DNA of 64,000 nt, from contig NC_086386.1 of NCBI RefSeq assembly GCF_036588685.1, forward strand, positions 47,554,001-47,618,000, written 5' to 3'. This document shows, piece by piece, positions 14,201 through 25,465 of this stretch. Within the stretch, counting starts at the first letter, position 1; each line of letters starts with the position of its first letter. The DNA is from Mytilus trossulus. Lineage: Eukaryota. The position numbers and the translations under genes were made by a program. The notes beneath the pieces were generated by a model. The model did not search any database. It was not told the DNA's origin and worked only from the letters and a program-made list of their open reading frames with translations.

Positions 14201-14476
14201 GTTGTTTCGATCTTTCCGTATAATGTTATTGAAGGAATCTAGTTTTAATTGATCTTCAGATACACTAGGATCTAAATGTGTTTCTGTTACAGCCAGGACA
14301 TCAAATTCGTCAGTGAAATTATTTAAGAATTCTAATTTGTTTCTAATACTACGGATATTTAGATTACATATTGATATGGATTTATCGATTTCACTAAATC
14401 TGACACTAGAAGGTGTACTCGATATGTTATTTTCACAATAAGAATAAAATGAAGCACAAACAACAGAAAAATAATG
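11210..14476 (-). CDS. LINE ORF2: APE endonuclease, reverse transcriptase and C-terminal Cys/His motif (open frame begins upstream of the annotated Met at 14185)
   Basis: NLNIRSIRNK, LAVTETHL, RKDR..GGG, YRPP, GDLN and SDH (APE). NYRPISL, DFSKAFD, GVPQGSVLGP and FADD (RT). CKC..EDMHHFFFDC at the C-terminus. The frame is open from just after a TGA at 14477-14479. Confidence 0.93.
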   Translation of the reverse strand, partial: HYFSVVCASFYSYCENNISSTPSSVRFSEIDKSISICNLNIRSIRNKLEFLNNFTDEFDVLAVTETHLDPSVSEDQLKLDSFNNIIRKDRNNFGGGLMIYVKDDIGIVRKSELENPFDETLWVEIRAKGQNFLLCHSYRPPNADTDFWARLNHAIETAFQLNENIVITGDLNSDLFNVNNNKLIDTMDLFNLRNVIDKATRVTDKSSTLLDPIIISDCMSYYLSDVLDIPSNISDHNAAVIFLECPSSVSRTFKREVWIYDKMDKDKFLKIMNETDWHAILPDDKDVNELCEIFTVTFLNIARECIPTKQVTIRKNDKPWFNSELRRELRTRDRLRKKAFKSKIQSDILKYKRQRNRVNNMKKVAKEKFESNLDHIILNNVSNTKTYWKIMKMLIKSNNGSNNIPPLQNIINTEKIDEIAYKDEEKCELLNKYFNLISKLNEENINLPQFETKSNNKICDIHVTIQEIIDMINILDPNKASGPDVISHRMLKICPDKVAIPLQIIFNKSLSQCIYPTSWKIANVIAIFKKGDSSLPSNYRPISLISCVGKVMERVVFKHVYNHLFNNKLIYEYQSGFLPKHSTVHQLIEIYDCILNALETKEICCFVFCDFSKAFDKVWHIGLLHKMKAYGIEGNLLNWFTSYLYQRKQKVIINESSSTFCNVSAGVPQGSVLGPLLFIIYINDIAEQLTSLCRLFADDTSFSYSGHDEELIQSVVSRDLRQLDEWSRKWLMSFNPEKTEIMMFSNNEIKNPNFTMNNKKIPIVRSHKHLGVTFRSDAKWNNHVENILNSVKKHLNILRKLKYQLSRQNLEKLYLVFIRPIFEYATEVWDNCGKGYSIKLEQLQLEAARIVTGLPVYTHSETVLKEVGWETLEERRKRRKLQLFYKIQNNNAPEYLCNLVPPKIQCTTQYPLRNGQDIILPFCRLTLTSQSFIPSTIKLWNNLNISVRNVDSLSKFKVELKNYEIRNENQSILKHYLYGPRKLNIILTQFRCSASFLNCDLFRANIISDPTCKCGLDIEDMHHFFFDCPFYLNERAILFNGLSWLPEGCDLDLTLLVFGKETLSYDQNVQILKQVFNFIKRSKRFLVV

Positions 14477-14664
14477 TCAATCTTGGGATTTATAGACTGT
14501 AGACATGCTAGTGAAAGAACATAGACGGAGCAATGTAAGTTGATTTTTAGTATTTCTAAATAAGTATAATAGTTATAATTTATAAAAGTACTACTTTTCC
14601 TCTTGCTACATGTACAATGAAATAAGCCAATGGCTGCCCTGTAATCCTCAATGCTGACTCCCAT
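14359..14664 (-). CDS. Probable true N-terminal leader of LINE ORF2, out of frame with the rest
   Basis: MGVSIEDYRAAIGLF... followed by a hydrophobic run. It overlaps the ORF2 frame over 14359-14476 and is offset by one base. Confidence 0.6.
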   Translation of the reverse strand: MGVSIEDYRAAIGLFHCTCSKRKSSTFINYNYYTYLEILKINLHCSVYVLSLACLQSINPKIDIIFLLFVLHFILIVKITYRVHLLVSDLVKSINPYQYVI

Positions 14665-16086
14665 ATTGCTTAGGGGGTACAGATATTAAGTCTAACGACA
14701 GCCAATGGCATTTTCCGTATGGTAACTTGCACACATCATCATCATCAGAAAAAATAGAGAAAGTAAATATAAAACAAGAAAAATAAAAAGTCATGGTGAT
14801 GGAAAAACAAACGGATTTCAGAAGGATACATGGAGTCATACTGGATGATAAAAATGGGATTTTGCTTAACTTTTACTATTTTTATAAATCAGTGTGAACC
14901 GTGATCTAGCCACTATTTTTAAAAGACAAATTATATGAGCTGAAAAGTCCAAACATACTGTTGGTTTATAAAAGACGAATACCTACCAATATGGTAATAG
15001 TATTAAACACTTTATACTTGCATCTTGAGTATACAGGTTTACATGATATGTATATATATAAATCAAACATATAAATCAAACATAAATAGTATGTACAATT
15101 GTGTGTGCACACAATACTATTTTATAAAGAATTTAATCAGTATCTCCTGGTTTTCCTTTTATAGTGTTAAGTTACAACAATAAGGTTTTTTTTTACAGAC
15201 AAAACTATGTACACGGAGAATATATTTGTACTTTTACATGCATTCGATTATTTCTTACTATCATATTTTGGTTCGTGTTTGGGTTAGGCAAGGGCGGTCT
15301 GTTTGACTTTTATATTTTTGAAAACTTCTTTTGATCAAAATCGACATTTTTCGTTAATAGATTTATTTAATTACAAGCTATAAAAATGTACAATTAAGCT
15401 GATATGATTATAAGCAAAGTTGTCGAGAGAAGAACAGAACATGTGTACGTTCACTATAGAATGTCACATTTACACTGCTTTTTGTTTTTATTTTGAGTGA
15501 TTGAGAAACGGTAATTTTATCAACTGTTGAAAAGATCTTACGATATGTAAGACCATTTTACTACTTAGCCAATTTGGGATGACCGTTTATATAGTTGTCA
15601 TGATGTGGAAACATATTTTTGGGATTTTTTTTATTATTGAATGACAGACTTTGGTTGTATTTTGGCTACCAGAACAACTAGAAGAAAATCAGCTAAACGG
15701 TTATAAAGTGTAACTAATTTAACCGTCATTAGAGCATATATAACAGGGAGGAAAACAGAACAAAACAGAAGAAAATGAACTAAACATGAAAATAATTAAA
15801 TCAAACATAAAAAAAAAATACACACACACACACACAAAAAGCCCACATATAACAAACAAACAATGTCTAGGTTATAAATTATTGGTAAACTTTTTTTTTT
15901 AAACTTTTGTTGATAAGATATCAAATTTTAAATCTGGAATAAATCAGTTTTTATAACTGTCTCTAATCACTCATGATCTTCTGATTGCTGGTTTGCACTG
16001 TCTGGCTGATTGTCAGCATGATTGTCAGGATGATTGCCATAAGCAGCAGGCCTTTTATATGGAGGTCTAAGATCACCAACGTCCTG

Positions 16087-17124
16087 TCAATTCTGTATAA
16101 TCAGCTTTCTGCTGTTTTCGGATTTTTTTGCGAATATTCGACCGTCGGCAGTCCAGTAAGCATTGATTTCATTTTTAGTTTTCATATCGGCCAGGCTTTT
16201 TACTAGTTCTGTTCTATATTGTGATAGGTTTTCAGTTATGAAAATACCATTTGTGTCACCCTTTAGTTCCCTTTTATTGCTGTACACCAAATGTTTCATT
16301 CTATATGATATGAACCTGACTATAACTTGGGACCTGCCTTTTCTTGCCTTGCCTATAACATGAGACCTTCCTATGTCATGCAGGTCTATGTTTATATTTA
16401 GCTTGTTCCTGATTATATCCAATACTATCTCATCTGTATTGACAGGGTGTAAGGTCTTTCCTTGGTTGTCAGTAGGAACTGGAATGTTATGAAAACGAAG
16501 ACTCGTTCTTCTAGAATATTGTTCCTGTGATTCTACTCTAATTTTGAGGTCAGCAATTTCATCACTCAGACAGTCAAGGTCTTTGCCTTGTTCTTTGATT
16601 GTTGTTATATGGTTTGAGGTAGCCTGTTCAAGGTTTGATATTTGTATGAACTGTTTAAGGATGTGTTGCTTGTGAGTTTGTATTACAGTTTCTTGTTCCT
16701 TTATTTGTTTTAGTAGTGGTTGTATCTGTATATCAACGAATCTTTTGGCCTCTTGCTCAATTATTGGTGTAAGGGTATCACTGATCTTTTGTGACAATAA
16801 AGGTATCATAACGTTAAGAACTTCTGGGCTATTAAGAGCATCAAGTACTTTATCGGCAACTGTTTTCCTAAGTGTTGGAGTTTTTCTTTCGCCTACTCCT
16901 CGCAGATCCCCAATTGAGTTACTATGACGTCTGCGGATTTGACGAGTTGACTGTTTTTGTGTGGCTGGTAGGGAGTCTGGGCTATCAGGATTACCACGTT
17001 TATTGCTGCCAGTTATTATGGAAGAGATTGATGGACTTGGCTGTGAGCTAGTCAATATAATGTCGGACTGAGATTGAGACTCAATGTTTACATCAAAGGA
17101 GGCATCCATTTTGTGTTCACTCAT
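16087..17124 (-). CDS. LINE ORF1 (coiled coil plus RRM/CTD-like nucleic-acid chaperone)
   Basis: Heptad-rich segment followed by EQYSRRTSLRFHNIP, IGRSHVIG, VIVRF, IFITENL and WTADGRIFAK motifs typical of L1/L2/CR1-type ORF1. The frame stays open 39 codons past the TGA, to 15967. Confidence 0.88.
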   Translation of the reverse strand: MSEHKMDASFDVNIESQSQSDIILTSSQPSPSISSIITGSNKRGNPDSPDSLPATQKQSTRQIRRRHSNSIGDLRGVGERKTPTLRKTVADKVLDALNSPEVLNVMIPLLSQKISDTLTPIIEQEAKRFVDIQIQPLLKQIKEQETVIQTHKQHILKQFIQISNLEQATSNHITTIKEQGKDLDCLSDEIADLKIRVESQEQYSRRTSLRFHNIPVPTDNQGKTLHPVNTDEIVLDIIRNKLNINIDLHDIGRSHVIGKARKGRSQVIVRFISYRMKHLVYSNKRELKGDTNGIFITENLSQYRTELVKSLADMKTKNEINAYWTADGRIFAKKSENSRKLIIQN

Positions 17125-17847
17125 CTTGACCTATGGCTATTTGAATGTTTTGTCTAATTGTCTAATTAATTGTCAGTTTTATTTAGTTTACGAGGGATCA
17201 ATCACGATTCAATTGTTTAAGTTGACTATTTAACGATGCATGTGTTCATATCATATACGTTATCCATCATAAAAATCCCATTTTGTTGGTCAAATATTTT
17301 ACCCTACCATTCCAGTTAGCGCATGCCCAGGGCAATGTGTTAAAGCGACCACAACCCCACTAAATAGAAGAAAACAGTCTACCGATAGGTCTTCAACAAA
17401 GCGTGAAAATCACGCACCTAGAGGTGGGAGTCAGCTGGACCTTTTCTTCGCACTTTTGCTCATAGTTAAGACCTACTTGTTTTAGTTGTTTCTCCAATAT
17501 CCGGAATAACTTTAAAAGTGTTCTAAGCGAGCATACCAGGTGCAGTGAGATATTATCACCATATTCGATAGGGCTAAATATTTTGCTTATCAGGTCGCGT
17601 TAGACTCATCAGAGAGCAGTTGCTATGGCAGTTGCACGTAAAGAGGGTAAAACATTCAACCTACAAGAAGCCTCGGATTGACATTCTGCACTAGACGCTG
17701 CTGAGTTTTTATACTAAGTTTATTTACGTTATATGTATACAATAGTATTATATAAGGTTTATCATATACTAGATACTGCATTGAATTTCGATTTACTCGA
17801 TTCACTAGATTCCTTATGTTTAAAAGTCGATATGAAATTTTGTCTTT

Positions 17848-18140
17848 TCACCAGACACGTCTTTCGTCTACAAAAGACTCATCAGTGACGCTCAAATAAA
17901 AAAATAAAAAAAAAGCCAAATAAAGTACGAAGTTGAAGAGAATTGAGGACCACAAATTCCTGAACGTTTTGTCAAATACAGCTTAAGAATTATATTCCTG
18001 AGGTAGGAAAGCCGTAAACAGGTAATTTATAATTGAGACCATATCAATGATAATTTATGTCAGCACATACTGGGCTGGTAATACTCTCGGGGGAATAAAA
18101 AATCAACTAGCAGTGGCATCGACGCAGTGGTTTAATATAC
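17848..18140 (-). ncRNA. Degenerate retrozyme with hammerhead (about 17848-17891), sense to the TRPC intron
   Basis: Reverse complement: gcgtca CTGATGA gtcttttgtagac GAAA gacgtg TC tggtg, with helix III disrupted. Confidence 0.75.
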
Positions 18141-19402
18141 TTAGAGTTACACTTTACCGCGGTTTTGTTTTTTAATTTTATCTATTAACATCGTCGTAAG
18201 TGTTTGGTCTCGGGTTGATATTTTCCTGACTGAAATAATACCATGTTTGCTGCATTAATGGATTTGGGGACGTAGATTCATTTCCTAAAAAGGGTAAAAA
18301 AAATCCCACACCCAAGGGTGGGCCTCACCTGTCCCCTAAATGTGTACTATTTCAGTGAAATGAAAAGTTTGGATACTTCTATCAGTGAAACCATGGTTAC
18401 ACAATGGAAACCTCAATAAATTAATTGCATCAAATATCAGAAGATAAAGTTGTTAGAACAAATTACCTTCCTGCAGAAATTTGTATGATATTTGATTTGA
18501 TTCACAACGTAAATCTATGAGGAGTTAAGGGTTATGTTCTCATGACATTGCAAAAAGAAAAAATAACAAAAATATCGAGCTCCGGAAGTCCCTATGCATA
18601 TGGCAAAATCAAAAGCCCAAACACATCAAATGAATTGATAACATCTGCCATATTCCTGACTTGATGCAGGCATTTCCGTATGTAGAAAATGGTGAATTAA
18701 ACATGGTTTATAGCTAGCTAAATCTCTCACTGGTATGGCCCAATTTAAATAAAAGAAATCACCGTAACGTATGCGATCAAAACAAAAATAGGCCGTTTAT
18801 AACGTGGTATGAATATTTGGTCGGTTTTATCTTGCACTGGAAAATGCGGATAAACAAAAGTGCGAAGAAACTCTGAAAGGTTAAATATCTCATATCAAAT
18901 CATTAGCAGAATAAAAGTTATGTTAATCGAAGAATGAAACGCTTGAAGAAAGAATATGTGTTTGCATATACTATGATATATATAATGTAAAATTCTGTGC
19001 AGCAATGTGTTTCATCAAGGAAGTATAATCAACGCTGATCAATAGAGCACTCAATGATTAATAGCCAGATATAATATCGACTCAATGCATTATGATGCTC
19101 GTGATTGATATCTAGTGTTAATTGTGTGGTAATACCAAAGTTCTGTGACAAATGGTTTAATATAAGGATACGAATCCACAATTCTTTTAAATAATATTTA
19201 ATGAGGGCCATGGTTAAATCTCCAATGCATTAACGTTACGCTCTTTAATATTTGGACCGTACTCCCAATATAATACCTATAACACGGTGGGTAAGGTTGT
19301 TCTGCGAGAGAACGTTCTGTGCTGGTGATCCGGTCCTGACGGGTGCTGGTGATCATTGAAAAATGTAAACACAAGTAAATTTGTACTGTAAAGCGTTTTA
19401 AA

Positions 19403-19833
19403 GCGTCACTGATGAGTATTATGTAGACGAAACGCGCGTCTGTCGTACTAAATTATAATCCTGGTACTTTTGATAACTATTTACACCACTAGGTCGATGC
19501 CACTGCTAGTGGACGTTTCGTCCCCGAGGGTATCACCAGCCCACTATTTAGCACTTCGGTGTTGACATGAATAGCAATTATGTGGTAATTTTTATAAATT
19601 AACTGTTTACTTAACTTTGAATTTTTCGAAAAACTAGGGATTTTCTCATCCCAGGAATAGATTACCTTAGCCGTATGTGGCACAACTTTTTGGAATTTTT
19701 GATCCCCAATGCTCTTCAATTTCGTACTTGTTTGGCTTTATAAATATTTTGATATGAGCGTCACTGATGGGTCTTATGTAGACGAAACGCGCGTCTGGCG
19801 TACTAAATTATAATCCTGGTACCTTTGATAACT
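19403..19833 (+). ncRNA. Retrozyme: 355-nt unit flanked by two type I hammerhead ribozyme motifs
   Basis: gcgtca-CTGATGA-gtattatgtagac-GAAA-cgcgcg-TC^tgtcgt (cut after 19440) and gcgtca-CTGATGG-gtcttatgtagac-GAAA-cgcgcg-TC^tggcgt (cut after 19795). About 75-nt terminal direct repeats. Confidence 0.88.
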
Positions 19834-22229
19834 AATTAAAGCACAATTTCATTAAATAAAAAATAAAAGCTTATTATCTAAACGATTATACACATTTAGT
19901 CACGCTGAATGAAACAATTGACACCGGTAAAAAACAAAAATGTGATAATATGTGTCTGAAGAGTATTTTTATTATGACGTTGCTTACATCCTAAACATTT
20001 TTTTTGCAATTGTTCAAAATTCAGCGTGACCAAATGTGTCTGGATCAACCTTTATTGGGAATGATCAAATCAAATATTTGAAAGTCAACGATGTAACAGA
20101 ACCGAAGTATGTAAACAGCATAATGAACAAATGAAATTAAGTATTAAATACTAGTTCTCTTTGTAGAATCATCTAACCATGATTTTTTAAAGTCATTTGA
20201 AACCAGTGAGTGGTTAAAAATAATTTTAATCCAATTCTTGAACTAATGCATGTATATATCATAAACTTAGAACTCTGTTCACGATTTTGTCATTTTTTAC
20301 GCAAATATATCGTATAACCCACATTTTTTTTTCTCTGTCTGTTATGATTTAACAAATATGGCTGCTCATTAAATGCCGTGTTTTAAAGCCGAAGTTTATC
20401 GATTGTCACCTTATAGTAAACACATAACAAAAAGCATGTGTATTGAGCACGTGTTTAACATGTACAATCAGATACGAGTAGGGTTACGCTCAGGTCAGTA
20501 TGCATACGGATACTATGTCGGCGAATTGCTTCCTGGAAGCAAGCAATTAAAAATAAGTAAATATCTTCTAAATGTGCACAAATAAAAGAATTTTCCTCAG
20601 AAAAAAGTTTATGTACATAAGTTGTATAATAAAAACTATCCATTTAGTTATAAAAAACATATGTATGATTTTTTTTTAATTTGAGGTTTCCTACGACTTT
20701 AAAAAAAGTATTAACAAATTCTGACCTTCAAAGTAAATAAAAAAGGGTTGGTCTAAGAAAACTAACAAAATCAAACGTTAGACTTTATCAACCAACGTAA
20801 ACAGTGAAAACAACTGTCATATTCATGACGTGGCGTGTCCCGGAAAATAAAGAATGGTGGTTTAAACTTGGTTTTAATGCTGGCTAAACATTCAACTTGT
20901 ATGATCGTTGTTTAAAGTTTTGTTTTATGTACAAAATTGTATAAGCAACCTAACCAGACAAAATTGTTTATGTAACAAGGGTTGGGATCCTACAGTAAAA
21001 TAAGTAACATACGTCAAAGACATAAAACACAACAACAAAAATTAAACAAATATACAAACAAATCTTACGAAGGCGTATTAAGTAATATTTACATACGTTT
21101 AAAAGATTGGTACAACTATTACGTTATCAAAATTAATTTTTTTTTTTAAATGATTTGATCCATGGCTACACGGAAAACCCAACAGAATGGTATATTAAAA
21201 AGTTTATCTTTACATAAAATCGAGGAAAATAACATGTCGTAATTTAACCCTTTCTGTTGTTAAAAACCACAACTTGTGAAAAAAAAACTAAACAATGCAC
21301 AAGTGAATGATAAACTATCTACCATTTTAGTTATGACATACATGATGTAAAGACCGGAAGGTTACATGGATAATTTTATAATCTTGTTTGCGATGTTGTA
21401 GTTTCTGTTTTCATTTTTCGAAAAATCAGTGAGAATCTCAAACTTATTTCTCTGTCAATCAGAGAACTGAAAAAATCTTCGTCTTAATCTCTGAGAGGAA
21501 TTTTTGGGATGTGGTTTCCATGGGGTAACAAATAAGGAGTAAAGTATATGGATCCTGGAAAAGTTAAAATAAAACATGAACATGAACTCCCCCGTCTCAC
21601 CCCCTCATCCCTAAAGAATCAATCATTATATCGTTTAATGCAACACGTGATCTTATAATTATCATATGTATCATATTATGACAATGATTACATAAAAGAT
21701 CTTTATAAGTATGACAAATTCATATTGGTGTGAGAGAAAAAAACAACATTTTCACAATAAAGCCAGTTTGAACTGTTATAGAATCTTGTAGTTTGTAGGT
21801 TAAATGTGATGTAAACTTTTTGGATGATTTTTGTTTGCATAAAGACTTTCTGTTATAATTAGTAAAATCTTTTTAGTTAAATCTCCACAACAAGACAAGG
21901 GAATCTCTCCTATGCATAATTTGAAACCAGTGCTACCGTACTAGATTTAACAGTGACCCTCTATTCGGTTCAATACAAAATCACAAACCACATAATTGTC
22001 ATAGAAAAAAATGTAATTTGTTTCTTACCTAAATGCACTGAGAAAATTCATTTACGAAATGATATTTATTGACCAGTTATACTGTTATTACACTCCTAAT
22101 AGATCGATCTAAGCAAAGAATTTAAGAAATGTGTGTTATTTTTTATTAATTAGTTCACTGTATCCATATGATCTTGTCAATTTTATTTTTTGTAGGTTAC
22201 ATTTGCAAACGTTAAATGAAATGATACAA

Positions 22230-22454
22230 ATAGTTATCAAAGGTACCAGGATTATAATTTAGTACGCCAGACGCGCGTTTCGACTACATAAGACTCATCA
22301 GTGACGCTCATATCAAATATTTATAAAGCCAAACAAGTACGAATTTGAAGTTAATTGAGGATCCAAAATTCCAAAAAGTTGTGCCAAATACGGCTAAGGT
22401 AATCTATTCCTGGGATAAGAAAATCCTTAGTTTTTCGAAAAATTCAAAGTTTTG
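22230..22454 (-). ncRNA. Truncated retrozyme with hammerhead (about 22264-22307), sense to the TRPC intron
   Basis: Reverse complement: gcgtca CTGATGA gtcttatgtagtc GAAA cgcgcg TC^ tggcgt, with one helix II mismatch. Confidence 0.82.
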
Positions 22455-24211
22455 CTTCGTTCCACTGACGGGCTTTTCTGGATACCTTCATCAATAAGAC
22501 CCAAATTGTTTAAGCCGAGGATGTAAACTTATTAGAGATACCGGGATAAAAATTTGTCACCGTTTCGTCTTTATTATATCCCTCTGTCGTGCTCTAATCA
22601 AACAGTTGCAGACTGCTTTAATAGAATAAGAAGATAAAGTGCATACATATAAAGATTACGACTTGAGCAATATATGCCTGAGTGTAGCAAAACCTTGTAC
22701 TTCAAGAATTTCAACATTTTAAAAACACTAAATGAACATGGGGGAAAAATCGTGTCATTTCAAAAATGTGGTCAACTGGCCTGGTGTCATCCTCGGGGAG
22801 GAAACGTCAGTCAGCAGTGGTACATGTACAAGACCTTTAAACGTGCAGAGCTTTATGAAAATTCATCTAAAGCCATTGAGTTGGTCACATGTGACATAAC
22901 TTCTGGTTAGATAAGTAAAAAGAAACCTCCAAGAAATAGAACTTAAAAGTTATAACATTAAAACATATATAAAGAAAAAGAAAATTTGAAAAGTGATACT
23001 CGTGATGTTTCATTGCTTTTACAATGCTCCGAGCTGCAATTAATGATTTGTGGTTTCCTTTGATATCGTACATGTGGTAAACATTAAAATGCTTCAGAAT
23101 TAAAAAGATATTGCAGAAGATAAAAGGAGTTATGGAAAGCTTAAAATTTCTTTTAAAATAATAAAATAGTTTTAAATCAATACCGTATTCAGTTTTATAA
23201 ATGTTTCGTCAAATTTAATTGTCTTGAGAATTGATTTTCTAAACAATATGTTCGTCCTTAATCGGTGGTTTTCTTAAACGTTGAACTATCTCAAAGAAAA
23301 TACAGCTATCATATGAGTTGTCTCTTGAAAACAACCAACTCTCAAACACAATCGATAACAGATCGCCATGAAGAAATTTACGATGTTACTTAAACATTCA
23401 AAGTAGAAACAACATGTATTTCAACAATTAAATATTTCGGCACACCAAATGGCCTTCACAATTGTCGGTATTTGTAGAGCCGTTTGCGTTTATATTCTTT
23501 ATAGACTAAAAGGCTAAATGGGTTAAATTGTCGCCGTTTTGTCTTTATAAGAACCATATGTGGTGCTATAATCGAACATTTGAAAGCTTTATTCCAATAC
23601 AAAGACGACGAGCATTAAAAAAAAAAAAATCGAAATTGTATGTCAAATAAGGATAAGGCAATCTATGCCTGGGAATAAGAAACCTTTGTATTACCAGTAA
23701 ATCAACATTTTAAAATTAATCGACAGGAAAAACTGGAAATCAATGATATTTCATATCAATCTAAAATGCGACCTACTGGCCTTGTGCCTTTCCCGGGGAA
23801 GATGCGTTCGGCAGTATTAGTACAAGACATTAACAAGTGGGAAAAGTAAAATCACTAAAATACTGAACTCAGAGGAAAATCAAATTGGAAAGTCCATTAT
23901 CACATGGCAAAATCAAATGACAAAACACATAAAAAACGAATGGACAACAACTGTCAGAGAGATTGGAGAGCTACTAGTATATGACAAAAAGGGGCCTAAA
24001 ATTGCAACTTCTGCCAATTAAGTTGATCACCTGTGACACAACTACTAATTAAATTGGTTAAAAGAAACATTTGCCTTATGCCTCTTCTAGAAGAATTTTA
24101 AACGCCCGGTATTGAAATTCAGGAGAAAATGTCACAATTTATTTCGTTTGCTACCAAGTAGTACTAATGGGTGAGTGTTCAGCATTATCTTGATACGTGC
24201 GTTTTTATGAT

Positions 24212-25465
24212 AAACTAGAGGCTCTAAAGAGTCCGTGTCGCTCACCTTGGTCTATGTGAATATTAAAAAAAGAAACAGATGGATTCATGACAAAGTTGTG
24301 TTTTGGTGATGGTGATGTGTTTGTAAATCTTACTTTACTGAACATTCTTGCTGCTTACAATTATCTCTATCTATAATGAACTTGGCCAAGTAATTTCAGT
24401 GGAAAATGTTAATTAAAATTTTCAAATTTTATGAAAATTGTTAAAAATTGACTATAAATGACAATAACTTCTTAGGGGGTCAGTTGACCATTTCGGTCAT
24501 GTTGTCTTATTTGTAAATCTTACTATGCTGAACATTATTGCTGTTTACAGTTCATCTCTATCTATAATAATATTAAAGATAATAACCAAAAACAACAAAA
24601 TTTCCTTAAAATTACCAATTCAGGGGCAGCAACACAACAAAGGGTTGTCCGATTCATCTGAAGATTTCAGGGCAGATAGATCTTCACCTGATAAACAATT
24701 TAACCCCCATGTCAGAATTGCTCTAAATGCTTTCAAATTGGTTTTTGAGTTATAAGCCAAAAACTGCATTTTACCCCTATGTTCTATTTTTAGCCATGGC
24801 GGCCATCTTGGTTGGATGGCCAGGTCATAGGACACATTTTTAAACTAGATACCCCAAAGATTATAGTGGCCAAGTTTGGATTAATTTGGCCCAGTAGTTT
24901 CAGAGGAGATGATTTTTGTCAAAGATTACTAAGATTTACGAAAAATGGTTAAAAATTGACTATAAAGGGCAATAACTCCTAAAGGGGTCAACTGACCATT
25001 TCGGTCATGTTGACTTATTTGTAAATCTTACTTTGCTGAACATTATTGCTTTCTATAGTTTATCTCTATCTATAATAATATTCAAGAAAATAACAAAAAA
25101 CAGTAAAATTTCCTTAAAATTACCAATTCAGGGGCAGCAACTCAACAACAGGTTGTCCGATTCATCTGAAAATTTCAGGGCAGATAGAACTTGACCTGAT
25201 AAACAATTTAACCCCTATGTCAGATTTGCTCTAAATGTTTGGTTTATGAGTTATAAGCCAAAACCTTCAATTTACCCCTATGTTCTATTTTTAGCCATGG
25301 CGGCCATCTTGGTTAGTTGGCCGGGTCACCAGACACATTTTTTAAACTAGATACCCCAATGATGATTGTGGCCAAGTTTAATTTAATGTGGCCTAGTAGT
25401 TTCAGAGGAGAATATTTTTGTAAAAGTTAACGACGACGGACGACGGCCTTCGGGGCAGGTGAGCT
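24212..25465 (+). mobile_element. Non-autonomous Helentron/HINE (DINE-1-like) element with about 500-bp internal tandem units
   Basis: 5' actagaggctctaaagag..gctcacct, 3' (gac)n plus ..aggtgagct. Two internal units start near 24434 and 24942. Confidence 0.75.

Larger units (their letters stand above)
10963..17329 (-). mobile_element. Full-length CR1-group (CR1-Zenon-like) non-LTR retrotransposon, about 6.37 kb, in the TRPC intron
   Basis: TSD gggcaatgtgtt at 10951-10962 and 17330-17341. ORF1 and ORF2 present. 3' end reads AATAAAATATGTTTAAACTAAA on the minus strand. Confidence 0.92.

Noticed and set aside
12589-16927. Plus-strand ORFs over the LINE
   Set aside because: Antisense shadows of ORF1 and ORF2 with no recognisable motifs.
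17592-17615. Minus-strand CTGATGA-gtc-taacgc-gac hammerhead half
   Set aside because: No GAAA or helix III follows; at best a truncated relic.
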